Assembly: GCA_033442325.1 (NCBI GenBank)
Contig: JAWQFM010000034.1
Location: forward strand, 327,431 to 365,199
Direction: 5' to 3'
From: Salpingoeca rosetta
Taxonomy: Eukaryota; Protista; Choanoflagellata
DNA length: 37,769 nucleotides
Shown: in pieces, positions 36,438 through 37,769 of the stretch
How positions within the stretch are numbered: position 1 is the first letter of the stretch
Layout of the letters: every line of letters starts with the position of its first letter
The notes under the pieces: model-generated
Told to the model about the DNA's origin: nothing
The model's database searches: none
Seen by the model: only the letters and a program-made list of their open reading frames with translations
Made by a program: the position numbers and the translations under genes

Positions 36438-37769
36438 CTACTCCTGAGCGCTTGTTGTCGAATGGATCCTTGTTTCCTGGAGCAACGCCGGACACAACCT
36501 CGTCCTTGCCTTGCCGACTTGCTGCTTTCTCTTTGCAGGGTGTTGTTGGCGATTCACCGTTGCCTCACGCGTTGCCCGGTGCTTGCCTGCGCGTTGCTGT
36601 TGAGCCCGTTGTGGTTCCTGTTGCTGCTGCTTCTGGCGTTCTCGTTCTCGGCATTTGAGGATCAGCTGGCGTATGGCTGGGTCCTCCCTGCGAATTGCGG
36701 TTGGCTTGTTTGACTTTGCGGGTCTGCTGACACGTGGTTGCTTCCTGGCCTTGCTTGGGACAGCTTCCTTGCGTGTGCAGTTTGGAGGGAACACCAACGA
36801 GGGGGTGTTTGAGCCACGCAGCCTGCCGCCTCTACCACCACCCTTCTGCATCTCATCCTCCTGCTGCTGTTGTACTGGTTCATGCTGTTGTTGCTGCTGC
36901 AGCCATTGATGTTGCTGCTGCTGTGATGCGTGTGTAAGTTGAGCAGTTGCATGCGCGGGGCTCGGCTTCTTGTCTGTGTCCTGCTCATGCAGGTCGCGAG
37001 TACTGGGCATCAGTCCACGACAGTGCGGTGATGATGGAGCGACCACAGCATCGTCTTCCACTTCGCGGCCGTTGTGGTGGTGGTGGAATTCATGGCGGTG
37101 CTCCGCCGGCTCGCCTGGTGTCATGGTCTCACCCAACCGCCCTGTAATCTTCTCTGCTGCTATCACTGCCGGTCGACAGCCTTGCTGGCATTGCTTGTGC
37201 TGGTGTGTCGACACTTGCTGTGTTTCACTCAATAGCGCTGGCGTAGCTGCTGTTGTCGAGGCGTCTTTTGCGAGCCAACGTGCATGGTTGATATCGACAG
37301 GACGGTCGCGGTACACAGTGCTGTTCTGTGGCGGTGGAGAGAAGCGCACATGGGCTGGTTGGTGTGCAAGTGCATGCACGCCCATTGTCGTCGCTGTAGC
37401 TGCTGAAGCGGTTGGGGTGGGAAGTGCTTGGTTCTGATGCAACTGCATTGGTGGGTGTTGTTGCTGTTGTTGCTGAGATGGTGCTGCTGCTGCCAGGAAT
37501 GCTGCCAACAGATGTAGCTGCTTCGAGGATGCACTTGACCTTGGGGGCTGTGGCTTGGTGCTTGTTGTCGATGGCACGAAGGGGACAGGATCCATGCACG
37601 TCGAGGCTGTGGTTGTGGCTGGCGCACACACTGCTGCACCTGGAGCGGCTGGTGACCATGGCTGTGGCTGAATTGTGCGCCCGAGCTGAGCTGTACGTGT
37701 CGAGCGTGATGGAAACGGTGACACGAAGACGGCTGTGTCGACTGCTGTATTGTGTGATGGAGGCTGATG
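36438..37769 (-). CDS. Hypothetical low-complexity Q/P/A/T-rich protein, open beyond the window end
   Basis: The frame is open from 37769 to TAG at 36438 (>440 codons), has no CA microsatellite and contains polyQ tracts; no domain recognised. Confidence 0.5.
   Translation of the reverse strand, partial: HQPPSHNTAVDTAVFVSPFPSRSTRTAQLGRTIQPQPWSPAAPGAAVCAPATTTASTCMDPVPFVPSTTSTKPQPPRSSASSKQLHLLAAFLAAAAPSQQQQQQHPPMQLHQNQALPTPTASAATATTMGVHALAHQPAHVRFSPPPQNSTVYRDRPVDINHARWLAKDASTTAATPALLSETQQVSTHQHKQCQQGCRPAVIAAEKITGRLGETMTPGEPAEHRHEFHHHHNGREVEDDAVVAPSSPHCRGLMPSTRDLHEQDTDKKPSPAHATAQLTHASQQQQHQWLQQQQQHEPVQQQQEDEMQKGGGRGGRLRGSNTPSLVFPPNCTRKEAVPSKARKQPRVSRPAKSNKPTAIRREDPAIRQLILKCRERERQKQQQQEPQRAQQQRAGKHRATREATVNRQQHPAKRKQQVGKARTRLCPALLQETRIHSTTSAQE

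Overview
Eukaryotic, GC-rich draft-assembly window with five N gaps and dense (CA/TG)n microsatellites in introns and intergenic DNA. The style resembles the choanoflagellate Salpingoeca rosetta (inference, not verified). The left part (0.6-19.5 kb) holds five apparently intronless genes: a secreted 7-repeat beta-propeller protein, an MFS transporter with a lysosomal-type dileucine signal, two convergent paralogous F-box-like/LRR genes, and a secreted L-domain-like repeat protein. A nest of LTR retrotransposons (7.4-14.4 kb; two copia families plus a probable third LTR) lies between the two paralogs. The two secreted proteins share an N-terminal signal + beta-strand + INGxN + helix/coiled-coil + Cys module on unrelated C-terminal scaffolds. 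At 20.6-26.9 kb (- strand) is a receptor of at least 10 exons with a PhnD-like binding domain, Cys/Ig-like stalk, TM helix, a kinase with intact catalytic motifs and a guanylyl cyclase; its first exon and upstream flank are tandemly duplicated (482 bp). The right 10 kb is low-complexity sequence with Q/H-rich ORF pieces.
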